Below, one piece after another: positions 28,475 to 36,609 of a stretch of DNA of 64,000 bases. How positions within the stretch are numbered: the first letter of the stretch is position 1; each line of letters starts with the position of its first letter. Origin of the DNA: Candidatus Nanosyncoccus sp. Lineage in GTDB: Bacteria; Patescibacteriota; Saccharimonadia; Saccharimonadales; Saccharimonadaceae. The DNA lies in contig JAZUHW010000002.1 of the NCBI GenBank assembly GCA_045641865.1, positions 10,872-74,871 on the forward strand. Direction: 5' to 3'. Both the position numbers and the translations under genes were made by a program. The notes under the pieces were generated by a model. That model made no database searches, was not told the origin of the DNA, and was given only the letters and a program-made list of their open reading frames with translations.

Positions 28475-29287
28475 TTAAGGGTTCTGCTCTTCTTCAAGTC
28501 ATCTCTTAAGAGAGCGATTATGTAGAGCCATGCTTTGAAATCCTTTATTAAGGATCTGTCTGACTCGCTCGCGTGTCAGGCCTACTTTTTGGCCAATTTC
28601 CTCCAAAGTATATTCTCTAGGATAGGGTTCTAGCCCAAACCTCATCAAAAAGATGGTTCGCGTTCTTTGCGGGAATGCATCGATGACTTTTTCTAACCTC
28701 TCGCGTAACAGAGTAGTTTCAGCTGCATGACTTGGACTCTCGGCAGACTCATCGGCCACAAAATTGATTAGTGACATTGACTCCGGGTCATTGGCCGCGA
28801 CGGGCGTATTAAGAGACGCAACAGAGGAAAAAAACTCTATATCATCTTCCACTTGATCCACTGGTCATTGTAATTCGTCCGCTATTTCTGATGGGGTAGG
28901 AGTTCTACCTAGCTTTTGAGTTAACTCAGTGGCAGTCTTCCTGATTTTAGCAAACTCCGCATATCGGTGGACCGGTTTTCGGATAATGTCACCTTGCTTG
29001 CATATATACCGTTGCATGGCTTGACGAATCCAAAAGACGACATAAGTGGCAAACGTATTGCCTTTGTTGATGTCAAACCTCTCAATGCCCTTGAGAAGCC
29101 CTAGTGCACCTTCCTGCAACAAATCTTCCTGTGGAACTCGTTGCTGATTCCTAAATCATTTATGATAGGCGAACCAAATAAGATTTTGATTCTTTTCAAA
29201 AATTTGGTTACGAGCTTCCTTGTCCCCTTCTGCCGCACGCTTGAAGAGCCGGCGTTCCTCGGCAGAATAACGAGTTTTTTTAGCCAT
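28475..29287 (-). CDS. sigma-70 family RNA polymerase sigma factor (regions 2-4); 2 internal TGA codons and a third 8 codons before TAA
   Basis: ATG 29287 is preceded by GGAGGTG. TGA codons at 29156-58, 28865-67 and 28499-501. Track fragments 28865-29122 and 28499-28861 are in frame. Region 2 is FATYVVFWIRQAM; region 4 is YTLEEIGQKVGLTRERVRQI. Confidence 0.8.
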
Positions 29288-29325
29288 CGTTATCACCTCC
29301 TTTGTGATATCCTCAATGTCTTTTA

Positions 29326-29344
29326 CAGATACAATTTGTATCTG
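29326..29344. promoter_or_regulatory. 9-bp perfect inverted repeat (CAGATACAA-N-TTGTATCTG) in the sigma gene leader; candidate operator or RNA hairpin
   Basis: Lies between the -10 box (29378-29386) and the SD of the sigma gene. Confidence 0.45.
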
Positions 29345-29377
29345 GGATAAATTGATTGTTAAAGAGCAGATACCCCT

Positions 29378-29386
29378 ATTATAGCA
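29378..29386 (-). promoter_or_regulatory. extended -10 box TGCTATAAT for the sigma gene
   Basis: Reverse complement of attatagca. Confidence 0.45.
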
Positions 29387-29388
29387 AA

Positions 29389-29934
29389 TTATATGCCGGG
29401 TGAAAAATGCTTAAGTTTTTTGCGATGTTCCTTGTAACGGGGGTCGTGCTGGCCAACTTCAGCCCAAAACTCTGGTGAGTGGTCCATATGGTTAAGATGA
29501 GCTAATTCGTGCAAGATCACATAATCCCTTAGGGGTTCCGGCACCTGCATTAGACCGATATTGAGCGATATGGTACCTGTACTGGAACAGCTGCCCCAGC
29601 GCGTATTAGCATGAGACAGACGGCATTTCTCGTAAGAATAGTGGTATTTGTTAGCCCAAAACTCCAATCTATAAGGGAGATACTCGTGGGCTTTTTTGAT
29701 TAAAATCTTACGTTGAGCATCACGGGCTCTCTGGGTGGCAGGATCTTTCAGTGGTAGTTGTTGGCGAATATTTTTGCGCCCCTGATTCAGATACTTTTTT
29801 ATTAAAAAATTAGGAGTGTATTTAGGGACAGACATCTGTAATCTACCAGAGGTCGACACCGAAAAACGAACATTGCGAGCCAAGGGGTTTTTGCGGACTA
29901 AAACTTCCCCAAACTCAGGATCGTTAATAATCAT
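29389..29934 (-). CDS. YgjP-like (DUF45/M48-type) zinc metallohydrolase
   Basis: 181-aa ORF with HELAHLNHMDHSPEFW. Confidence 0.7.
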   Translation of the reverse strand: MIINDPEFGEVLVRKNPLARNVRFSVSTSGRLQMSVPKYTPNFLIKKYLNQGRKNIRQQLPLKDPATQRARDAQRKILIKKAHEYLPYRLEFWANKYHYSYEKCRLSHANTRWGSCSSTGTISLNIGLMQVPEPLRDYVILHELAHLNHMDHSPEFWAEVGQHDPRYKEHRKKLKHFSPGI

Positions 29935-30428
29935 TAGGCTAATTGGGTCAAAACTTGTTTAAGCTGGGTAGCATAGGTATGTTTACCAGAGAGGACAATT
30001 GGACGTTCAAGTTCAGATGGAGCTTCAAGTTCTTCAGTGCGAGCTTCGTATTCAGCTTTGGCTTTTTCAACTGATTTCAGGCGCGTTTTGAGGCGATTAC
30101 GTAAGGTAGCAACATCTGTTTGGATATAAATTAAAGACGGGTTGTAATGGGCTAAACGTAGAATTTTGTAGACTTCTTTACGGTCTTCTTCCGTGCCAAT
30201 GCCGCCTTCAAATACTAAGGTTTGGCCAGTTTTAGTAAGTAATTCAATCAGGAGCAGGATATGCTTGCGCTCTAGATCGTTTTTTTCTTTAATATCATCG
30301 AGATTGAAATAAGCTGCCTTAAATTGCTTGGCAAACTTCTCACAAAATGTGGTTTTACCGCTGCACGGAGCGCCAAATACTAAGATTGCGCGTGGTTGAG
30401 TTTGATTTCCTTCCATATGTACCTCCAT
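29934..30428 (-). CDS. P-loop NTPase/kinase-like protein
   Basis: 164-aa ORF with Walker A GAPCSGKTTF. Confidence 0.55.
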   Translation of the reverse strand: MEVHMEGNQTQPRAILVFGAPCSGKTTFCEKFAKQFKAAYFNLDDIKEKNDLERKHILLLIELLTKTGQTLVFEGGIGTEEDRKEVYKILRLAHYNPSLIYIQTDVATLRNRLKTRLKSVEKAKAEYEARTEELEAPSELERPIVLSGKHTYATQLKQVLTQLA

Positions 30429-30437
30429 AAACTATAC

Positions 30438-31106
30438 TTATTGTATCATACTTTTACTGCTGTTCGCAATACAGACCTGGGCTGGCAGGTAAAATACCCA
30501 GCAACAATAGTTGGCAATACCATACAGAAAAGCCGGCAGGATACCCAAAGTAGTGAAAAATGAGACAGCCACGAGTAGATCACAACAAACAAATAGGCTA
30601 AAACCGAGCAAGCCGTAAAAGGTGCTAAGATTCTTCTTCTTGGTGTATTGATAGATGCAAGTACCTAGGTTGGCTGCTAAGGTTACTCCGTAAACGACAC
30701 CGAAAAAGATAATTTGATTGTCAATTGGTAGAACGTAGGCGACAATTAGCGCTAAACAGCTGACGATTAGCCAAATTTTACTAAGTAATGGTTTTTGACA
30801 GAGACGGATGAAATGTGAGATTTGGGCAAAAGCGAATACTAACACGCCGGCTGCAGAGACATTATTGATTGCTAAAAGTACGTCAGCGGCAAAAGTAAAC
30901 AAAAAGGCAATCTGGAGAAACCTATCTTTTTTAAAATATTTAAAAACGAAGACTAAACAGAGAAAAATACCAATTAATTTGAGCATGGTGACGGCAATGG
31001 AAGTAGGCCAAAACAACCCAAAAACCAAAATCATCGCATAGATTAATCCCCACAACCAAAACCAAAATGGGCGCTCTAATAGATACTTAAGGGTGCCTTT
31101 GATCAT
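30438..31106 (-). CDS. integral membrane protein (possibly YhhN family)
   Basis: 222-aa ORF with about 7 TM segments. The family assignment is tentative. Confidence 0.35.
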   Translation of the reverse strand: MIKGTLKYLLERPFWFWLWGLIYAMILVFGLFWPTSIAVTMLKLIGIFLCLVFVFKYFKKDRFLQIAFLFTFAADVLLAINNVSAAGVLVFAFAQISHFIRLCQKPLLSKIWLIVSCLALIVAYVLPIDNQIIFFGVVYGVTLAANLGTCIYQYTKKKNLSTFYGLLGFSLFVCCDLLVAVSFFTTLGILPAFLYGIANYCCWVFYLPAQVCIANSSKSMIQ

Positions 31107-31567
31107 TTTTTCTTACTCTTTTTGGGCTTATTGGCAAGTTTAGCCTGAACATCAAATGCTTGCTCATAAACTTTATGCCAACCAAATTGATAGAGTGCGG
31201 CACCAATCAGTACGACAAGATTTAACAGAGTAACTTGGCCGTAATTATAGACTACCGACATTAAGCTCAAAATAATTAATCCAGTATTGATAATACGGAA
31301 TTTGTTTGGTGAATAAGCGCAATATTTAATACGCAAACCACAAACAATATAGATCAGATAGAGTAAAATTGGCGGAATTAGCCAGAGCAAAAAATCAATT
31401 GTAATAGTTTGTGACGGGTCTTGAGAAAAAGCTGCAATCAAAAAAGTCGCCCCTAGTAAAGCGACGCCTAACAGGCCAATCAAAGCCAAAACGACACCGT
31501 AACCTCTGATAAAACGTCCGTCTGAAGAATCCCAGAATTTTTTCATTTTTTTGTCGTTTGCCTTCAT
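31103..31567 (-). CDS. membrane protein, unknown function
   Basis: 154-aa ORF with 4 TM segments and a Lys-rich tail. Its TGA stop overlaps the next ATG (ATGA). Confidence 0.5.
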   Translation of the reverse strand: MKANDKKMKKFWDSSDGRFIRGYGVVLALIGLLGVALLGATFLIAAFSQDPSQTITIDFLLWLIPPILLYLIYIVCGLRIKYCAYSPNKFRIINTGLIILSLMSVVYNYGQVTLLNLVVLIGAALYQFGWHKVYEQAFDVQAKLANKPKKSKKK

Positions 31568-31583
31568 TTTGACCTCCTTAATT

Positions 31584-31658
31584 TGGCAGGGGCGACAGGA
31601 ATTGAACCCATATCTACGGTTTTGGAGACCGCTATACTAGCCGTTGTACTACGCCCCT
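31584..31658 (-). tRNA. tRNA-Trp (anticodon CCA), CCA encoded
   Basis: Hand fold: AGGGGCG acceptor, anticodon loop CTCCAAA, D-stem GTAC/GTAT giving a U11:A24 pair. Confidence 0.85.
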
Positions 31659-31716
31659 ATGCTTTCATTTTAGCATAAAAAAGCCCTCAGACAATAATAA
31701 ATTGGTGAGGACGATT

Positions 31717-31923
31717 TTAGCGCTTCTTTTCTTTAACCTCGTTGCGGCCGAGATTTTTCTTGGTTTCGGTGAAAACAACGTGTTTGCGCAAAACAGGATC
31801 GTATTTACGAAGAGATAATTTATCAGGGGTGTTCATAGTGTTTTTCTTAGTATAATAAGCACGAACACCCGACTCTTCGGAGACGAGCCCAACTAGTTTG
31901 CGTTTAGTATTCTTTTTTGCCAT
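31717..31923 (-). CDS. rpmG: 50S ribosomal protein L33
   Basis: 68-aa ORF with an L33 pattern ([19 protein letters not shown]), next to tRNA-Trp. Confidence 0.85.
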   Translation of the reverse strand: MAKKNTKRKLVGLVSEESGVRAYYTKKNTMNTPDKLSLRKYDPVLRKHVVFTETKKNLGRNEVKEKKR

Positions 31924-31966
31924 ATCTGGTATTTTACCATACTTCTCTTAAAATGTAAATAAAAAA

Positions 31967-32042
31967 TGGAGCCGTGAATCGGACTTGAACCGATGACCTG
32001 CCGCTTACAAGGCGGCTGCTCTACCAACTGAGCTATCACGGC
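31967..32042 (-). tRNA. tRNA-Thr (anticodon TGT), CCA encoded
   Basis: Hand fold: acceptor GCCGTGA/TCACGGC, anticodon loop CTTGTAA. Confidence 0.85.
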
Positions 32043-32108
32043 ACTAAAATAATCTTAACAAACATTCTCAGTTTAGGCAAGGTTTATGTTATAATGATTC
32101 TAGACTCT

Positions 32109-32193
32109 GCTGGAGTCGCATAGTGGCAATTGCAGGAGACTGTAAATCTCCCCTCTTCGGAGTTCGTAGGTTCGAGTCCTACCTCCAGCACCA
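32109..32193 (+). tRNA. tRNA-Tyr (anticodon GTA) with long variable arm, CCA encoded
   Basis: Hand fold: acceptor GCTGGAG/CTCCAGC, anticodon loop CTGTAAA. A TGTTATAAT box lies at 32087-32095. Confidence 0.85.
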
Positions 32194-32200
32194 AATTTAA

Positions 32201-32277
32201 GCCGTGATAGCTCAGTTGGTAGTAGCGCATCCATGGTAAGGATGAGGTCCCGGGTTCAAGTCCCGGTCACGGCTCCA
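32201..32277 (+). tRNA. tRNA-Thr (anticodon GGT), CCA encoded
   Basis: Hand fold: acceptor GCCGTGA/TCACGGC, anticodon loop ATGGTAA. Confidence 0.85.
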
Positions 32278-32288
32278 TTTTTTATGGT

Positions 32289-33071
32289 TTAAGAAATGAT
32301 TTTACGGCGACGTGACTTAAGTGTAGGGGCTTTGCGTGCTGCAGGTTTTGCGACGGTCTTTTTAGGGGCGGCTGGGCGTTGAGCAGCAGAACGTCGTGCA
32401 ACCGGACGACGTAGAACTTTGCGTCTTTGTGGCTTTTTAGCCTGTTGCTTAGCGGCGTTTTCGGCTAGTTGTTTTTCGATACGGGCACTGGTGGCAGCCA
32501 TGGCTTCATGGTCCCCAGCCTCTTCATAGAGCGTAAAAATTTGGCGCAAAGTAGTAACACTATGATCTAATTCATAGGCATTTTCTAAGGACTCAATGGC
32601 ATCTTTACGACGACCAAGTTTTTCATAAGCCTTGGCCAACGCAATATGACGAGTCGGGACATCGCCCTCAATTGCCAATGCCTGTTCAAAAGCAATCACG
32701 GCTTTTTCGAACGAACCAGTTTCCAAATAAATCAGCCCAACGTTATGAAGTGAAGAAGGGTTATCGTCAAGAGATTGAGCGATCTCAAAACATTCAATTG
32801 CCTCATCAAATTTACGACTTTTTGCATATAAAATACCGAGGCGGTTATAGGCTGCGGCATTAGTTTCGTCAAATTTTAGAATTGAAAGCAAGGCTCGCTC
32901 GGCACGAGCATTCTTGCTCGTTTTCATTGAACTACGTGCTACCGCCCAAAGTTTGTTCATTTGTGATTTAAATTGTGGGCTGTGAACGTCAGACGGCTTT
33001 ATCTTGGGCTCGTATGGAAAAAAGCAGATCATATAGATCGTGAACACTAAAATCAATACAATAGCAATCAT
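32289..33071 (-). CDS. membrane-anchored TPR-repeat protein with a basic Ala/Arg/Lys-rich tail
   Basis: 260-aa ORF with an N-terminal TM, 3-4 TPR units and the C-terminus KKPQRRKVLRRPVARRSAAQRPAAPKK. Confidence 0.6.
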   Translation of the reverse strand: MIAIVLILVFTIYMICFFPYEPKIKPSDVHSPQFKSQMNKLWAVARSSMKTSKNARAERALLSILKFDETNAAAYNRLGILYAKSRKFDEAIECFEIAQSLDDNPSSLHNVGLIYLETGSFEKAVIAFEQALAIEGDVPTRHIALAKAYEKLGRRKDAIESLENAYELDHSVTTLRQIFTLYEEAGDHEAMAATSARIEKQLAENAAKQQAKKPQRRKVLRRPVARRSAAQRPAAPKKTVAKPAARKAPTLKSRRRKIIS

Positions 33072-33080
33072 AACTTTATT

Positions 33081-33749
33081 TTAACACAAATCAGCCACGA
33101 GGTGTAGCTTGACGTGACCATTTTGACTGATATTTTCGTATGCAGTAATAAACTTAGGAATTTTATCTAGCCACTTCCCCTGATGAGTCTGGCAAAAAGT
33201 CTTAAACAACATTTCAATAGCTGCCTCTATAATCTGCAACGCAAATTGACGTGGGCCTGGTTTATACTCGGCAATTGTTTGCGCTAAACTAGGTAAATCT
33301 TGAGGTTTAGCCGCCAAAAGCTGCTTGGCTAGATTTTTAATCTGAGGGGTAGTTTTAGGCGGCTCAGTAAAATCGATTGGTTTTCTTAAAAAATACACCT
33401 GTGAGCGCGATAACACAGTGGGGAGGAGGGCGGAAGGCATCTTGGTAAGTAAAATAAAATGATAATGTTCGGGCGGCTGCTCGATGGTTTTTAGTAAAGC
33501 GTTGGCTGCTTCAGGAGTCATCACGTCGGCCGGTGAAATAATGAAGAAAAAATCTTTGCGACGCTTACTACGAGTGGCATTGACAACTTCACGAATTTGA
33601 TCAATTGAGATGGTGACTTTATTTTCCAAAGGTGATATTACAATAGAGTTTTTGATTTTGAATTTATGGACATTTGGATTAATTGCAAAAATACTACAAT
33701 TAGTGCGAGCAGCGATTTCGGGGATTTGGTCTGGATTGTCAAAAAACAT
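33081..33749 (-). CDS. holB: DNA polymerase III delta-prime-like subunit
   Basis: Start moved to MFFDNPDQ (ATG 33749). Clamp-loader motifs are EAANALLKTIEQPPEH and the SRS sensor. Confidence 0.7.
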   Translation of the reverse strand: MFFDNPDQIPEIAARTNCSIFAINPNVHKFKIKNSIVISPLENKVTISIDQIREVVNATRSKRRKDFFFIISPADVMTPEAANALLKTIEQPPEHYHFILLTKMPSALLPTVLSRSQVYFLRKPIDFTEPPKTTPQIKNLAKQLLAAKPQDLPSLAQTIAEYKPGPRQFALQIIEAAIEMLFKTFCQTHQGKWLDKIPKFITAYENISQNGHVKLHLVADLC

Positions 33750-34611
33750 CGTAAAACTCCTTTGGCACAGGGGCCGTAAAGATACGGCGGTCGCCTTCTG
33801 GGATGGTGATTTCAAGCTGATAGGCGTGTAAAAACAGCCTAGAAGATGCCTCGCCATACACACTATCACCTAGGATTGGCGTGCCGAGGTATTGTAAGTG
33901 GACTCGAAGCTGGTGAGTGCGGCCGGTTTTGGGTTTGAGTTCCAACAGAGAGAATTGGTCATTTTGCTGTAAAACTTTGTAATAAGTCTGACTGGCTTTA
34001 CCGCTAGCATCGACCATAAAAGTTGTAGGATGTTTGTAATTACGAATAATTGGCAGGTCAATTAATGCCTCTGGTTGCTTGGGGCGCCCTTCAACCACGG
34101 CATAGTAAGTCTTGTGAGTCTTGCGGTCTTGGAACTGTTTACGGAGCATTTTTTGCGTCTCTGGGTCTTTGGCCAAAATTACTACCCCTGATGTATCTCT
34201 GTCAAGACGGTGCACAAGAAGTCCGTAATCTTCCAGAGTAGGCTCGGCACAATACTCCCCTTTAGCCATAGAGAGTAATCCAGCGGGCTTATTGACCACC
34301 AAAATATGTTCATCCTCGTAAATAACAGGGAGTTTAGGTAATTTTTTGGTTTTTTCGGGTGTATCTAAAACAATCTGGGCATCAGGTGCGATTTGAGCAT
34401 TAGGCTTCAGGATAGGAGTGTCATCCACAGATACACGCCCTTCTTTAATGAAACGCTGCAGGGTAGAACGATTAAACTCGGGATGTTGCTGAACTAATAA
34501 ATGGTCTAGTCTTTCCCTATTATCCGGTTTTTCGGTGTCAGCTAATTCTAAATCACCATTAATTACCCGAGACATCTGAGGTTTGCTGAATTTTTTGCCT
34601 GTGCGAATCAT
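33739..34611 (-). CDS. rluD: RluA-family pseudouridine synthase (RluD-like) with S4 domain
   Basis: 290-aa ORF with the catalytic motif HRLDRDTSGVVILAK. Ends on TGA. Confidence 0.85.
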   Translation of the reverse strand: MIRTGKKFSKPQMSRVINGDLELADTEKPDNRERLDHLLVQQHPEFNRSTLQRFIKEGRVSVDDTPILKPNAQIAPDAQIVLDTPEKTKKLPKLPVIYEDEHILVVNKPAGLLSMAKGEYCAEPTLEDYGLLVHRLDRDTSGVVILAKDPETQKMLRKQFQDRKTHKTYYAVVEGRPKQPEALIDLPIIRNYKHPTTFMVDASGKASQTYYKVLQQNDQFSLLELKPKTGRTHQLRVHLQYLGTPILGDSVYGEASSRLFLHAYQLEITIPEGDRRIFTAPVPKEFYDVF

Positions 34612-35642
34612 TTATAAAGCCCAATTGCTTTTTGGACGGTGCGGAGTTTGGCGTTGGCAACTTTATTGGCGTATTCCTCACCTCTAGCCAATATCTGTTC
34701 TACCTCTTGGTCAGAAATTTGAGCTACTCTGGCTTGAAAATCGGACAAGAAAGAGCTAACAGAAGTGGCGACTTTTTGCTTAAGATCACCGTAATGCGTC
34801 TCGCCACTCCAGGTGCTAATAACGTCCTGTAGTGGGACCCCTGAGAGCAGAGCCTCAATCTGGATTAGATTACTAATACCAGGCTGATTCAGCATATCAA
34901 ATTTAATCACCCCAATACTATCTGTGGTGGCAGACATAATCTTCTTAGCCGCCTGCTCCGGTGTATCAGAGAGGCAAATCTTTGACTTATCAGAGGTGGC
35001 ACTCTTGCTCATCTTCTTCTCTGGATCAGTTAACGAACGAATACGCAGACCTTCTTCGCGCCCCATAAACTTACTCTGTTCTTTCTCTGAAGCAGGTAAA
35101 GTAAATAATTCGCCAAATTTGTTATTCATGCGAGTAGCGATATCACGGCAAAGTTCTAGGTGTTGGAATTGATCTTCGCCTAATGGTACGTATTTTGCAT
35201 CATAAAGCAAAATATCAGCCGCCATCAAAATTGGGTAATTAAAGAGGCCCACAGAGATAGATTTTTCATTCTGGCCAGCGGATTTTTCTTTAAATTGGGT
35301 CATGCGAGACGCTTCGCCGAAATAAGTGAAACAATCAAGAATCCAACAGAGTTCGGCATGTGCTGGCACGTGTGAATTGCGATAGATATGAACATGGGGA
35401 TTATTAGCATCAAGGCCGGCCGCTAGATAATATTTGAGCCCCCTGATCGTCTGTTTATAAAAATCCGTATGATCAATAGGGGTAGTAAAAGAATGCAAAT
35501 CAGGGAGAAACATGTTAATTTCGTAATCCCCGGCATATTTTTTAGCGGCATCTACCATTGGTAAATAGGCACCAAGGTAGTTGCCGAGCGTGGGTTCCTC
35601 GTTAGTACGAATACCAGTTAAAACTGTAGGTCTTGCTTGCAT
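34608..35642 (-). CDS. trpS: tryptophan--tRNA ligase
   Basis: 344-aa ORF with a HIGH-region equivalent (PTLGNYLG) and KMSKS. Its TGA stop overlaps the rluD ATG (ATGA). Confidence 0.9.
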   Translation of the reverse strand: MQARPTVLTGIRTNEEPTLGNYLGAYLPMVDAAKKYAGDYEINMFLPDLHSFTTPIDHTDFYKQTIRGLKYYLAAGLDANNPHVHIYRNSHVPAHAELCWILDCFTYFGEASRMTQFKEKSAGQNEKSISVGLFNYPILMAADILLYDAKYVPLGEDQFQHLELCRDIATRMNNKFGELFTLPASEKEQSKFMGREEGLRIRSLTDPEKKMSKSATSDKSKICLSDTPEQAAKKIMSATTDSIGVIKFDMLNQPGISNLIQIEALLSGVPLQDVISTWSGETHYGDLKQKVATSVSSFLSDFQARVAQISDQEVEQILARGEEYANKVANAKLRTVQKAIGLYK

Positions 35643-35648
35643 ACTTTT

Positions 35649-35657
35649 ATTTTAGCA
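35649..35657 (-). promoter_or_regulatory. extended -10 box TGCTAAAAT, 6 nt upstream of the trpS ATG (leaderless layout)
   Basis: The reverse complement reads TGCTAAAAT-aaaagt-ATG. Confidence 0.5.
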
Positions 35658-35681
35658 TATTTTTGATATAATTGAACGAGT

Positions 35682-35758
35682 GGGGCATTAGCTCAGTTGG
35701 CTAGAGCGCTTCAATGGCATTGAAGAGGTCATCGGTTCAAATCCGATATGCTCCACCA
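35682..35758 (+). tRNA. tRNA-Ala (anticodon GGC), CCA encoded
   Basis: Hand fold: acceptor GGGGCAT/ATGCTCC with G3:U70, anticodon loop ATGGCAT. Confidence 0.85.
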
Positions 35759-35775
35759 ATTTTTTTGAAATAAAA

Positions 35776-35795
35776 AGCGGCCCGAATGGACCGCT
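35776..35795. terminator. bidirectional hairpin between tRNA-Ala and the HNH-like gene
   Basis: AGCGGCCC-gaat-GGACCGCT flanked by AAAAA and ATTTTT. Confidence 0.5.
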
Positions 35796-35799
35796 ATTT

Positions 35800-36201
35800 T
35801 TACACATGAAACTTCACGGCAATATCCCTTTGCGCTTCTAGAGCCGTTACCGTTGCTAGGTTGCTTGGTTTCATAGACCAAATTCCTATCAACACGTCTA
35901 GACGTTGAGCTAATGAGTCCAACTTGGCAATTTCACCTAAACACCATAAAGCGTCAAGTTGCTCTAAGGCTCTTTGACACTCTTCACTTGTAGGCACAGG
36001 TATCTGCCCTACTGACTGGTGAATCGTTTGGTGAACGTTGAGCCGCTCTAGACGATACCTCAGGTAAGGATGCCCGCGTAGAGCCTTTGCATACCCAGAA
36101 CATCAATTTGAGCGCGACCATAATAAATGGTGCTTGTTGTACTTTTGGGATTTGACTTTGCGTGCTTGTTTCATGCGTCTTTTTGTGCGTTTTCTTGACA
36201 T
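35800..36201 (-). CDS. small basic His-rich protein (HNH-like motif KHHLLW...H...H); 1 in-frame TGA
   Basis: SD GGAGGTGGTG lies 2 nt before ATG 36201. TGA at 36103-05. The C-terminal 65 aa equal track ORF 35800-35997. The function guess is weak. Confidence 0.55.
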
Positions 36202-36305
36202 ATCACCACCTCCATCGGAAAAACGCGCTTATAAGGTGCTCCACCTTATTTATTATAATAACTTATCATGCTGCATGTGTCAAAATATGCTATAATCGTG
36301 CTATT

Positions 36306-36381
36306 GGGGCGTTAGCTCAGTTGATAGAGCGCGGCATTCGCATTGCCGAGGTCGCGAGTTTGAATCTCGCACGCTCCACCA
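36306..36381 (+). tRNA. tRNA-Ala (anticodon CGC), CCA encoded
   Basis: Hand fold: acceptor GGGGCGT/ACGCTCC, anticodon loop TTCGCAT. A TGCTATAAT box lies at 36288-36296. Confidence 0.85.
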
Positions 36382-36393
36382 TTTTTTTATGAC

Positions 36394-36420
36394 AAAACCA
36401 CGCCATTTGGGCGTGGTTTT
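36394..36420. terminator. bidirectional terminator (ends tRNA-Ala on plus and the rplM-rpsI-miniORF unit on minus)
   Basis: 11-bp stem AAAACCACGCC/GGCGTGGTTTT. Confidence 0.8.
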
Positions 36421-36426
36421 TGATGA

Positions 36427-36564
36427 TTATGGCAAATCTTTCATTTTTTCTTTATCAACTCTACCATTTTCGTCCCGAGGACAGGTTAATCAAGCTCAAA
36501 CGACAAATAGAATTGGGAAAAATACTATTGCTCCAAAAACCATCAGAGCCATTTTCTTTGCCAT
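36427..36564 (-). CDS. 45-aa single-TM peptide downstream of rpsI; 2 in-frame TGA codons
   Basis: SD AAGGAGGTGG lies 6 nt before ATG 36564. Translation is MAKKMALMVFGAIVFFPILFVV[TGA]A[TGA]LTCPRDENGRVDKEKMKDLP, ending at TAA 36427. TGA at 36496-98 and 36490-92. Confidence 0.5.
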
Positions 36565-36609
36565 AGCAACCACCTCCTTAGAGAGATTTCCTCTATATTA
36601 TACCACGTT

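Noticed and set aside
26139-29350. Track ORFs 26139-26363, 26387-26569, 27000-27378, 27466-27720 and 29141-29350 as independent genes
   Set aside because: They are alternative-frame or antisense fragments of the four island genes once TGA is read through.
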